Source: Candidatus Fermentibacteraceae bacterium | Lineage (GTDB): Bacteria > Fermentibacterota > Fermentibacteria > Fermentibacterales > JCC-6 | Reading direction: 5' to 3' | Assembly (NCBI GenBank): GCA_041686025.1 | Contig: JAWLEP010000017.1 | Coordinates: forward strand, 1 to 30,420 | DNA: 30,420 nucleotides | Shown: positions 17,521 through 26,183 of the stretch, piece by piece | Layout: every line of letters starts with the position of its first letter | How positions within the stretch are numbered: position 1 is the first letter of the stretch | The notes under the pieces: model-generated | The model's input: the letters and a program-made list of their open reading frames with translations, nothing else | The model's database searches: none | What the model was told of the DNA's origin: nothing | Position numbers and translations under genes: made by a program

Positions 17521-18260
17521 CCCCCCCGCCCCGCCGGCTGATCCTGGTCCCCACCTACAACGAGCGGAGCAACGTGGAGCCCCTCTGGGAGAGGATCAGC
17601 GCCCAGGAGGGCGACTACAGCGTTCTCTTCATAGACGACGGGTCCCCGGACGGAACCGCGGATGTGGTACGGTCCATGTCCGCCGGCCAGCCGCGGATAC
17701 GCCTGCTGGCCCGCCGCCGCAAGGAGGGCCTGGGCGAGGCCTATCGGGCCGCCTACAGGCAAGTGCTGGAGGAGGACCGCTGGGACCGGATCTTCATGAT
17801 GGACGCCGACCTGTCGCACCGCCCCGAGCATCTCCCGGAGATGGACCGGATGCTGGACGACAGGAGCATGGTCGTAGGGTCCCGCTACGTGCGGGGGGTG
17901 AGCGTGCTCCACTGGTCGATCCTCCGCCTGAACCTGAGCATGGCGGCCAACCTCTACATCCGGGCCCTCACCGGAATGCCCTTCACCGACTGCACCAGCG
18001 GCTTCCGGGCCTTCCGCCCGGAGGTGATACCCCTGCTCCTGGCCGCCGGGATCAGGGCCAGCGGGTACGCCTTCCTGGTGGAGACCCTGCACGCGGTCTG
18101 GCGTGAAGGGGTCTCCATGGGGGAGGTGCCGATAGTCTTCGAGGAGCGCTCCTCCGGGGTCTCCAAGGTGGACCTGAAGGTCTTCGTCGAATCGCTGCTG
18201 ACGCCGCCGCGGCTTATGCTCCGCGGCAGGCCCCCCCGGGAGGCTCAGAGGGAGGAGTAG
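17517..18260 (+). CDS. Polyprenol-phosphate mannose synthase-like GT2 (DPM1/Ppm1 family), probable CTG start
   Basis: LVPTYNE, DDGSPDGT, GLGEAY, MDADLSH, GSRY, DCTSGFRA, GYAF, PIVFEERSSGVSK; the PTYNE motif lies upstream of the first ATG/GTG/TTG (17574), and an in-frame CTG at 17517 overlaps the efp TGA. Confidence 0.88.
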   Translation: MTPPPRRLILVPTYNERSNVEPLWERISAQEGDYSVLFIDDGSPDGTADVVRSMSAGQPRIRLLARRRKEGLGEAYRAAYRQVLEEDRWDRIFMMDADLSHRPEHLPEMDRMLDDRSMVVGSRYVRGVSVLHWSILRLNLSMAANLYIRALTGMPFTDCTSGFRAFRPEVIPLLLAAGIRASGYAFLVETLHAVWREGVSMGEVPIVFEERSSGVSKVDLKVFVESLLTPPRLMLRGRPPREAQREE

Positions 18261-19585
18261 AGCTCCCCTATCAGCCTGTCCTGCCAGCCGCGGGCCCTGT
18301 AGACCTGCCCCCGGGGTATCTCCAGCATCACCACCACCACCAGTCGCCTGCCGCTCTCCGTACGGAGCATGCCGGCTATGGCGGAGGTGTCGCCCAGGGT
18401 CCCCGTCTTGCCCCGGAAGCTGGCCGGGGGGATCTCATCCAGCCTGTTGTAGAGGGTTCCGTCCCTGCCGTTCACCGGCAGAGTGGCCAGGAACTCCGGG
18501 CCGTAGGAGGCCGAGAGCGCTCCGGCGGCCACCGCGGCGGCCAGGTGCCCGGGGGTGAGCCTGTTCAGCCGCGACAGCCCGGAACCGTCGGCCAGGATCA
18601 CCGAGGCGGAGCCCGGCGCCAGACGGCCGGTGATCTCCGCCAGCATGTCGCAGCCGCCGCCGGTGGTGGCGGGGCCGTCGCCGCCCTCCAGGGATACCGT
18701 GCGGAGGACCTGCTCGGCAACCATGTTCCGGCTCCATTTGTTCATGCTGGAAAGAACGTTGAAAAGGGGCTGGGAGTACATCACGGCCACGGTGAGAAGC
18801 GAGTCCCCGTCCGCCGGGTGCCCCTCGAAGGGCCCGGCCACCTCCAGCCCGGCCTCCTCGAGGTTGAGGCGCAGCCAGGCGGCCAGCTCGAAGGGAGCGC
18901 CGGCGAAGGGCTTGTAGAGCACGAAGCTGGTGTCGTCTGCCACCGTCCCCCGAAGCCTCAGGACCGGCGCCTCCAGGTTCCAGTCGCCGGCCGAGGCCTC
19001 CACCTCGGTACGGGGCCCCACCGAGAGCTCGCTCTCGGTCCGCAGCCCCGGCAGGGGAGGATAGGTGCTCACCCGGATGCCGTCTCCCACCGTGGAGACC
19101 ATTATCTCCAGCACGTTGTCGCCGATGCACAGCGGCTCCACCGGCGGGCAGTACGTCCTGTCCCAGTCCCCCCTCTCCCAGCCGGGCAGGTGGCTGTCGC
19201 CGGCGAAGGCGGAGGTGTCCATGTACAGGCGCCAGAGCCTGCCGTCATGCGGCAGCGCGGAGGCGCTTTCCAGGGCTGCGCGGACCACCGCCTCGGCGCT
19301 GAGCAGCGGCGCGCCGGATCCGCGCAGGTAGAGCGCAGAGGATGCCGTGTCCGCCTCTATGCGCGTCCGCCACACCCAGGAGGGCCCCAGCTCCTCCATG
19401 GCCAGAAGGGTGGTGAGCAGCTTCACCGTGGACGCCGGGCGGAAGTACTCCCCGGGCCGGCGGGACAGCAGTGTCTCGCCGGTGTCCAGGTCGCTCACCA
19501 GCAGTCCGCATCGCCAACCCTCGGGGGCGTCCGGCACCTGCGGGGTCCCCGCAAGCACCGCCAGGGCCAGAAGCAGCATCGGCAT
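18245..19585 (-). CDS. dacB: D-alanyl-D-alanine carboxypeptidase/endopeptidase (PBP4, peptidase S13)
   Basis: GGAGG SD, signal peptide; PASTVK (SxxK), SRN (SxN), DGSGLSRLN, GTL..R, KTGT motifs. Confidence 0.92.
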   Translation of the reverse strand: MPMLLLALAVLAGTPQVPDAPEGWRCGLLVSDLDTGETLLSRRPGEYFRPASTVKLLTTLLAMEELGPSWVWRTRIEADTASSALYLRGSGAPLLSAEAVVRAALESASALPHDGRLWRLYMDTSAFAGDSHLPGWERGDWDRTYCPPVEPLCIGDNVLEIMVSTVGDGIRVSTYPPLPGLRTESELSVGPRTEVEASAGDWNLEAPVLRLRGTVADDTSFVLYKPFAGAPFELAAWLRLNLEEAGLEVAGPFEGHPADGDSLLTVAVMYSQPLFNVLSSMNKWSRNMVAEQVLRTVSLEGGDGPATTGGGCDMLAEITGRLAPGSASVILADGSGLSRLNRLTPGHLAAAVAAGALSASYGPEFLATLPVNGRDGTLYNRLDEIPPASFRGKTGTLGDTSAIAGMLRTESGRRLVVVVMLEIPRGQVYRARGWQDRLIGELYSSL

Positions 19586-19743
19586 TCTCCACCTCCCGGG
19601 GTTTTCGACAGCGGTCCGAAGGGGGTATATATGCACCTGCTTCCCGTGGGGCAAAACCCGCGGAGAGAGAGCGGGGCCCGGCGGCCCGCCGCCGGCCCCG
19701 GCGGCAGGGCGCAACCCCGGTGCAGCAGACCTGGAGGTGTCTG

Positions 19744-21405
19744 GTGAGACTCGCGTCAGAATGCATTGCAGCAGCTGTTCTTGTCCTTTCGTCCATCGTC
19801 GTGGTTTCCTGCGGCGCAGACCCCGGCCTTCCCGGGGATGCCGCCCTGCAGGTGGAGGGGGACACGGTCTACATAGACGAGCTCGGCCCCAGGCTGGCCG
19901 ACGCGAAGGGCGATACCGCCCTGGCCATGAGAATCGGCGAGGCTGTGCTGAACCGCATGCTGATCCTGCGCGACGCTTCCGCCAGGGGCCTGGATACCCT
20001 CTACGAGACGCGGCGCTTCAACTACGAGAAGATGAGGGAGAGGCTTCAGCAGGCGTACCTGCAGCGGTACCTGGACCGGCTGGAGGTCTCCCCGGACAGC
20101 GTACGCGAGTTCTACCAGGGCCTGGGCACCATGGCCGAGTACCTGGTGATCAGCTCCCGCGACAGCTCCGAAGCGCAGGACTGGGCCGCCAGGCTCCGGG
20201 CCGGCCGGGACCCCTCCATGCGCCGGGGGCTCGACCTGAGGATAGAGAGAATGGGGCCGGTGGACCTCATGCGCGTGCAGAGGGAGGCCGCCGAGGTGCT
20301 GGAGGGCATGGAGCAGGGACAGGTCTCCTCCCCCGAGCTCATAGGGCAGTACTGGCGCGTCTACCGTCTGGACAGCCTGTGGACGGAGGACCCGGGCAGC
20401 ATCGAGGACAACCGAAGCTGGATAACCAGCATGCTGCAGGCCCGCAGGCGGGAGGAAGTGAAGCAGGCCCTGGAGGACAGCCTGCGGGTGGAGTACGACC
20501 TCTCCATCGACACCACCGTGGTGGAGATGGTGGCGGAGAAGGCCACCAGTCCCCGGGGCGACCATCTGCCCTACTCCCCCGGGGAGGCCCGTACACCTGC
20601 CTACACCTGGGAGGGGGGAGAGAGGCCCGCCCTCTGGCTGGCCAACAACATCCGCAGCCTCCCCGACCAGATGCCCCGCAGGGCCAACGACCCCGAGTGG
20701 CTGCTCGGCTACTGCAACGTCCTGGGGCTGTACGACATCATGGCCACCGCCGCGACGGAGATGGGGCTGGATACGCTGCCCGAGCTCCGCAGCAGGGTGA
20801 GGGTGCTCCGGGAGCAGCACCTGCTGGACGTCTACCACGACAGCATCATCGCCCCCCGGCTGGAGGTCAGCGAGGAGATGCTGGCGGAGGCCCACGAGAA
20901 CCAGGAGGACCCCATCACCATACCCAGGAAGAGGGTCTTCGAGCTTCTCATGGCCGAGGGCGGATACAGGGTGGAGGCGCTGGACAGCGTTCTGGCCGCC
21001 GGCGGCGATCCCTTTGAGACCGGGGAGCCCTTCACCCCCCATCCCACCTACGCGGAGTCCGAGACCACCTTCGTCACCAGGCCCATGAGGGAGGGTGAGC
21101 TGCCGCTGGACCTGGCGGACTCCCTCATGGAGGCCCCGGAGGGTGCGGTGATCCGCTTCGACATGGGCGAGGAGGCGTCCGCCCTGTTCAGGACGGGCCG
21201 GGTCCTGCCCGAACGGGAAGCCACACTGGAGGAGGCCAGGGAGGCCCTGGAGCAGAGGTTGCGCACCTCCCGGGAGGAGGAGGTAGTGGGCACACTTGTA
21301 GACAGCCTTCGGCAGGTGTATGATTACACCATCAACAGGAGCCTTATCATAAACAACTGCGGTTCCGACTCCACCGCTGCCGATTCCGTCGGGGGTAGAG
21401 AATGA
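19744..21405 (+). CDS. SurA/PrsA-like chaperone lipoprotein with degenerate parvulin-like domains
   Basis: GGAGGT SD then GTG; lipobox VVSC; repeated A..RGLD/A.EMGLD helical units, VS..E....Y, GQVSSP, TLEEARE..EQRL patterns typical of peptidylprolyl isomerase-like proteins. Confidence 0.65.
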   Translation: MRLASECIAAAVLVLSSIVVVSCGADPGLPGDAALQVEGDTVYIDELGPRLADAKGDTALAMRIGEAVLNRMLILRDASARGLDTLYETRRFNYEKMRERLQQAYLQRYLDRLEVSPDSVREFYQGLGTMAEYLVISSRDSSEAQDWAARLRAGRDPSMRRGLDLRIERMGPVDLMRVQREAAEVLEGMEQGQVSSPELIGQYWRVYRLDSLWTEDPGSIEDNRSWITSMLQARRREEVKQALEDSLRVEYDLSIDTTVVEMVAEKATSPRGDHLPYSPGEARTPAYTWEGGERPALWLANNIRSLPDQMPRRANDPEWLLGYCNVLGLYDIMATAATEMGLDTLPELRSRVRVLREQHLLDVYHDSIIAPRLEVSEEMLAEAHENQEDPITIPRKRVFELLMAEGGYRVEALDSVLAAGGDPFETGEPFTPHPTYAESETTFVTRPMREGELPLDLADSLMEAPEGAVIRFDMGEEASALFRTGRVLPEREATLEEAREALEQRLRTSREEEVVGTLVDSLRQVYDYTINRSLIINNCGSDSTAADSVGGRE

Positions 21406-22343
21406 TCTGCCGTTTGTGTGGCCACAACAACAAGAGCCGGGATACAGGGCCCTGCGAGAACTGCGGGTTCTCCCTGGACGAGATGAACAAGCCCATGGAG
21501 GAGATGAGGGCCGCCCTGAGAAGCCGGATCGAGAAGCCGGTGAAGTTCCAGGAGCGGGTGCCCCTGAGGATGCACTCCCGCAGCACGGCGGGTCTTCTGG
21601 GTTTCGTGGTCTTCTTCGTGGGCCTGCTGGGCACCCTCCTCATCGTCAACTCCAACCAGCGGGCCACCAGGACAGTCGGCGGAAACGGCGGGGACCTGGC
21701 CGCCATGGAGGAGGAGCAGGAGGAGGTGGACTCCCTGCCCATACGCATGGGGGTCGATCTGGTCTACGTCCTCAACCCCGAGGGCACCCCGGCCGTCCCG
21801 CACACCAACCTCAACCTGAACATGATGCCCGAGGGGGCTACCATCTGCATAGCCGGACCGCCCCAGATATCCATACGCCCCGTCGTGAACTACATAGCCA
21901 CCAAGAAGACCGAGGTCAGGGGAACGCTGATCCTGGAGAAGCTGGCCTGCTGGGAGGACACCACGCAGACCGACTTCCGGGAGGTCCCCCTCTGGGTGCA
22001 GCCGGAGGAGATGGCCGAGGACAGCGTGGGCCCCGTGGTCCTGAAGCTGCTGTTCCTGGAGGAGTGGCTGGTGGGCCGCTGCGAAGAGCTGGAGATAGAC
22101 GTTCCCGCGCCCCTGCCCGAGGGATTCACCGAGGCCAAGCTGGACAGCGTTCTCTACCAGGCGAGCCGGAGGATAGACCGCAGCGCCGACGACATAGGCG
22201 ACCGCGAGGTGCAGGTGGCCGCCCTGTTCCCCGACACCACCACGCTGGCCACCGCCGTGGACCGGCTGGAGATCGTCTACCCCAAGGTGGACACCCTGGG
22301 CTACAGGGCCTTCGACATCAAGTGGTTCCAGCTGCAGGATTAG
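21402..22343 (+). CDS. Zinc-ribbon single-pass membrane protein
   Basis: ATGA overlap; CRLC...CENCG N-terminal zinc ribbon; one TM helix; acidic extracytoplasmic domain. Confidence 0.75.
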   Translation: MICRLCGHNNKSRDTGPCENCGFSLDEMNKPMEEMRAALRSRIEKPVKFQERVPLRMHSRSTAGLLGFVVFFVGLLGTLLIVNSNQRATRTVGGNGGDLAAMEEEQEEVDSLPIRMGVDLVYVLNPEGTPAVPHTNLNLNMMPEGATICIAGPPQISIRPVVNYIATKKTEVRGTLILEKLACWEDTTQTDFREVPLWVQPEEMAEDSVGPVVLKLLFLEEWLVGRCEELEIDVPAPLPEGFTEAKLDSVLYQASRRIDRSADDIGDREVQVAALFPDTTTLATAVDRLEIVYPKVDTLGYRAFDIKWFQLQD

Positions 22344-22349
22344 AGGCCC

Positions 22350-24194
22350 TCAGCGCAGCAGCACCGTCCTGGCCTGCCAGAGTTGCGACCCGGAGCTGAC
22401 CCGCACCAGGTACGCACCTGCCGGAATGTCCTCCACGGACAGCCTCCCCCACGTCTCCGGCCCCGCCGGCCACCACCGCTGCAGCACCCTCCTGCCGGCC
22501 GCGTCCAGAAGCAGAAGCCTCCTGGGCCCCGTTGACGCAGGGACCCTTACCGTCATGGCGCCTTCCCCGCACGGGGCCTGTACCCACAGGCCGGCCGGAG
22601 CCGCGGTTCCTGCGTCACCGGCCACTCCGGTGGTCTGGCAGAACCTCACGGCGTCGTAGAGGATCCTCTCGCCCCCGGAGCCCGTGCAGTCGCCCAGCAC
22701 CACGCTCAGGCCCTCCGAGGCGTCGTAGGGCCCGCCCAGGCTCACCCACTGACCGGCGGCGGCCGCCTGGTCCACCACCACGGTATCCACCTCCGGACCC
22801 CGGCAGATCCTGTACCTGGCCAGGGCCTCGCCCCCGTAGTCTGGGACGTAGGCGCTGAGGGAGTACCCGGCGGAGCTGTCGGGTAGGTCGAAGGTCCATT
22901 CGGCCCAGTTGATGTCGGGCCCCGAGGAGATGGAGTAGGTGTAGAACAGCCCGTGCATCTGGCCGGAGACGGTGGCCTGGTGCCAGTACTGCGAGGGGCC
23001 GTGCAGTCCGAAGCGGCTCTCCAGGTTGTCGGTGATGGAGTCCTGCCAGGCGGGCCCGGCGAAGGAGTCCTCCAGCCGGTCCCAGAGCTCGGGACGGTCC
23101 CCGTCGTAGCCCAGGGCCCAGATTCCCACCCCCTGGAGGTCCGCCGCCCGCACCATGTCGTACTTCAGACCCAGCGACTCCGGCCCGTCGAACCAGCCCT
23201 GGTTCCATCCCTCGCCGTAGAAGGCGTAGTAGGGCGTCAGCGATTCCTCGTCCCACAGCTCTCCGTAGGTGTCGGCCCTCTCCGCCAGTGTGGAGTAGTA
23301 GAGGGTGGAGCAACCGCCGGTGACCTGGGAGTGGGGGTACTGGTCCTCGGTCTCCCACTGGTGTCCGTAGTAGGGCAGACCCACCACGATGCGGTCGTGG
23401 GCCTCCGGCGCCCGGATCACGTAGTCGCCCAGGCACCACGTCATGTTGGTGGAGGACTCCGCTCCGCCCCAGCCCACCAGGGGGCAGCAGGGACCGGCCA
23501 CCGCCGACCAGGTGCCGTGGAAGGGGTAGCACATCATGAACAGCGCGTCGGCGGACCCAGCCAGCGCGGAGTAGTCGAAGGCCCCCGACCAGTCCACGGC
23601 GGGGGTACAGACCGACAGGTGGCTGCCGGGGGCCTGGGCGTCCAGCTCGGCCCGGAGCTCCTCCACAAAGTCGGTCAGGTGGTCCCGGTCGTCGCCGTCC
23701 ACCTGCTCGAAGTCGATGCAGACCCCGTCCACGTCGTAGCCGGTGACCAGGCCGCACATGGTCTCCATCGCCTGGTCGGAGTAGGCGGTGAGTATCAGGT
23801 GGATGTCGTCGGGGTCGAAGTTGGTGACGGTGACCACCACCTGGGCGCCGGCGGCGTGGGCCTGATCGATCTCATCGGCGAAGACGCCCGGAAAGCCGTG
23901 CCAGGACCAGATCTGGCCGTAGGCGTCCATCTCCACCGAGAACAGCCCCAGGACGCTGATCAGGTCGTACTCCAGGTAGGCCGAGCCGGTCCAGTAGGGG
24001 AGGAAGCCGAACACGGTCCTGTTCAGGCTGCGCTGCCCGTGGGGTCCCGTGGCCCGGACGTCGGGGCCTGTTTCCCCGAACTCCTCGATGTGTCGCGGGT
24101 GGGCAGGCGGCGGAAGGAAATCCGGCTCGACGGGCTCATGGCCGGGGCCGGGCCCCATCAGAAGAAAGCCCAGAAGGGCGGCGGGGCATGACAT
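22350..24194 (-). CDS. Secreted GH18-family protein with golvesin/CBM-like domain and degenerate C-terminal sorting-like domain
   Basis: GGAGGT SD then ATG; VFGFLPYW, DGVCIDFE, MCYPFHG, GLPYYG, GVGIWALGYD; then WAEW...ARY..VVDQ...GQWVSLG...DAVRF; tail DAAGRRV...PAGAYLVRV. Confidence 0.85.
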   Translation of the reverse strand: MSCPAALLGFLLMGPGPGHEPVEPDFLPPPAHPRHIEEFGETGPDVRATGPHGQRSLNRTVFGFLPYWTGSAYLEYDLISVLGLFSVEMDAYGQIWSWHGFPGVFADEIDQAHAAGAQVVVTVTNFDPDDIHLILTAYSDQAMETMCGLVTGYDVDGVCIDFEQVDGDDRDHLTDFVEELRAELDAQAPGSHLSVCTPAVDWSGAFDYSALAGSADALFMMCYPFHGTWSAVAGPCCPLVGWGGAESSTNMTWCLGDYVIRAPEAHDRIVVGLPYYGHQWETEDQYPHSQVTGGCSTLYYSTLAERADTYGELWDEESLTPYYAFYGEGWNQGWFDGPESLGLKYDMVRAADLQGVGIWALGYDGDRPELWDRLEDSFAGPAWQDSITDNLESRFGLHGPSQYWHQATVSGQMHGLFYTYSISSGPDINWAEWTFDLPDSSAGYSLSAYVPDYGGEALARYRICRGPEVDTVVVDQAAAAGQWVSLGGPYDASEGLSVVLGDCTGSGGERILYDAVRFCQTTGVAGDAGTAAPAGLWVQAPCGEGAMTVRVPASTGPRRLLLLDAAGRRVLQRWWPAGPETWGRLSVEDIPAGAYLVRVSSGSQLWQARTVLLR

Positions 24195-24291
24195 GGACAC
24201 CTCCCTGGTGTTTATCTTCATGGGCACAATGGAAAGAGGGGGCCGCCGGGGCAACCCCGCCGGCAGCCGCCCGCCGCAGAAAGGAGCTGGA

Positions 24292-25590
24292 GTGTCAGAG
24301 GGAGCCGTAGAGAGGTTCGCCCGTTCGTTGCGCTTCCGGACCGTCTCCAACGAGGACGGGACCGATGAGGGCCGGAGGGAGTTCCTGGCCCTCCACCGCC
24401 ACCTGGAGAGGTCCTTTCCCACGGTTCACGGCAACTTTCCCCCGCGGAAGCCCGGGGACCTCGGCCTCCTCTTCCGCATTCCGGGGACGGACCCCACTCT
24501 GCGCCCACTGCTCCTCACTGCGCACCAGGACGTGGTCCCCGCCGGAGACCCGGGGGACTGGACCCGCCCCCCCTTCGGCGGCGAGGTGGCCGAGGGCCGG
24601 GTCTGGGGCAGGGGTGCGGTGGACTACAAGATCGGCCTCTGCGGAATGCTGGAGGCCGTGGAGCAGCTGCTGCGGGAGGGGGCTGTCCTTCGCCGGGGAG
24701 TGGTGCTGGCCTTCGGGCACGACGAGGAGATCGGCGGGTCCCGCGGAGCGGAGGGGATAACCTCCCTGCTGGAGCGGGAGGGCGTCAGGTGCTGCATGGC
24801 CCTGGACGAGGGAGGGTACATCTACAGCTACCCCTGGGCCAGCCGCCCCGCGGCGGTGGTGGCGGTGGCCGAGAAGGGATACGCCACCGTGGTCCTCTCC
24901 GCCCGCGGAGTACAGGGCCACGCCTCGGTGCCCCCGGGGGAGCTGGCCATAGAGGCCCTTTCCCGGGCGGTGTGCAGTCTGGCCGACCGCCCCATGCCCG
25001 TAAGGCTATGCAGACCCGCGGCGGCTCTGGTGGAGGGTACGGTGGGAGACCCCGGAGCCCTGGAGCCGGATTACCTGGAGCGGCTCACGGCACATCCCGC
25101 GGCCAACGCCCTTCTGCGGACCACGGCTGCGCCCACCGTGATCGGGGGCGGGGAGGCGGAGAACGTCCTTCCAGCTACGGCATCGGCCAGGGTCAACTTC
25201 CGGACCCTGCCCGGCCAGACATCGCGCGATGTGATGGAGCACGTGAGGAAGTGCCTGGAGGGGTTGCCGGTGAAGGCGGAGCTGGTTCGCGATGCCTCGC
25301 TCAGTGAGCCCTCCGACCTGTCCCCGGCCTCGGGCTTCCTATGGGATGCGCTGGAGGAATCCATACGCCGCAGCTTCCCGGGCCTCGACGTATACCCCGG
25401 TATCTTTCCGGCGGCCACCGACTCCCGCAGGTACTCCCGCATCTGCGACGCCGTCTACAGGTTCGTCCCCGCCCGGCTGGGCAGCCGGGGCATGGGGGTT
25501 CTTCACTCGGTGGACGAGTCGGTGTCCGTGGACGACTACCTGGCGGCCGTGGGCTTCTACCGGGCCCTGGTGCGGCGGATCTGCGGCTGA
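24292..25590 (+). CDS. M20 family metallo-hydrolase (Cps1/PM20D1-like)
   Basis: AAGGAG SD then GTG; AHQDVVP, GRGAVDYK, DEE, DEGG, AEKG, GHAS, TDSR, LHSVDE. Confidence 0.92.
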   Translation: MSEGAVERFARSLRFRTVSNEDGTDEGRREFLALHRHLERSFPTVHGNFPPRKPGDLGLLFRIPGTDPTLRPLLLTAHQDVVPAGDPGDWTRPPFGGEVAEGRVWGRGAVDYKIGLCGMLEAVEQLLREGAVLRRGVVLAFGHDEEIGGSRGAEGITSLLEREGVRCCMALDEGGYIYSYPWASRPAAVVAVAEKGYATVVLSARGVQGHASVPPGELAIEALSRAVCSLADRPMPVRLCRPAAALVEGTVGDPGALEPDYLERLTAHPAANALLRTTAAPTVIGGGEAENVLPATASARVNFRTLPGQTSRDVMEHVRKCLEGLPVKAELVRDASLSEPSDLSPASGFLWDALEESIRRSFPGLDVYPGIFPAATDSRRYSRICDAVYRFVPARLGSRGMGVLHSVDESVSVDDYLAAVGFYRALVRRICG

Positions 25591-25651
25591 CCATTGCATC
25601 ACGCTCTTACCTTTCTTATTCTCCCCTTGTATAGATAAGGGGGAGGAGAAC

Positions 25652-26104
25652 ATGAGCCTACTACTAACCAGCAGCGCTTTCGCGGACGGAGGCCCCATTC
25701 CGGTCTGGTACACGCGCCAGGAGACCGACTGCTCGCCACCAATGGGCTGGGCCGGCGTGCCCGACTCCGCCGAGAGCCTGGCAGTGGTCTGCACCTCCCG
25801 GGAGGGGAAGAGCGACGTGTTCTACCACTGGGTGGTGTACAACATACCGCCCGACGTCCGCGGCCTGGACGGCAAGCAGCCCAAGGAGCCTGCCCTGCAC
25901 AGGGGCATCCGCCAGAGCCGCAACAGCGCTGGAGGCTGGGGCTGGCAGGGCCCCGACACCCGCCGCAGGAGGATCCTGCGCTTCCGTATCTTCGCCCTGG
26001 ACACGGTACTCGATGAGGAGGGATGTGCCGACCCCGGGAGGTGCGTCCGCTCCATGGACGGCCATCTGCTGGGCGAGGCTACTCTGGTGGGGCAGGTTGG
26101 GTAG
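25652..26104 (+). CDS. YbhB/YbcL (PEBP/Raf kinase inhibitor-like) protein, divergent
   Basis: LTSSAFADGGPIP..YT, SPP..W..VP, HWVVYNIP, GWQGP, FALD. Confidence 0.85.
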   Translation: MSLLLTSSAFADGGPIPVWYTRQETDCSPPMGWAGVPDSAESLAVVCTSREGKSDVFYHWVVYNIPPDVRGLDGKQPKEPALHRGIRQSRNSAGGWGWQGPDTRRRRILRFRIFALDTVLDEEGCADPGRCVRSMDGHLLGEATLVGQVG

Positions 26105-26183
26105 GTAGGAGAGCGGATGGACCGGCGGCGCACCGAAGGCGGCGCACCGGGAGAGGGGAGATGATGGGGCGCTACTCCAGGCG

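Noticed and set aside
17517..18260. Glycosyltransferase as an EF-P modifying enzyme
   Set aside because: EF-P has Lys (PGKG), not the Arg modified by EarP, and the enzyme has DPM1-like GT2 motifs unrelated to EarP.
19648..19680. c-di-GMP-I riboswitch suggested by GGGCAAAACCCGC
   Set aside because: Lacks the GNRA-capped stem followed by GACGCAAA and the tetraloop-receptor stem.
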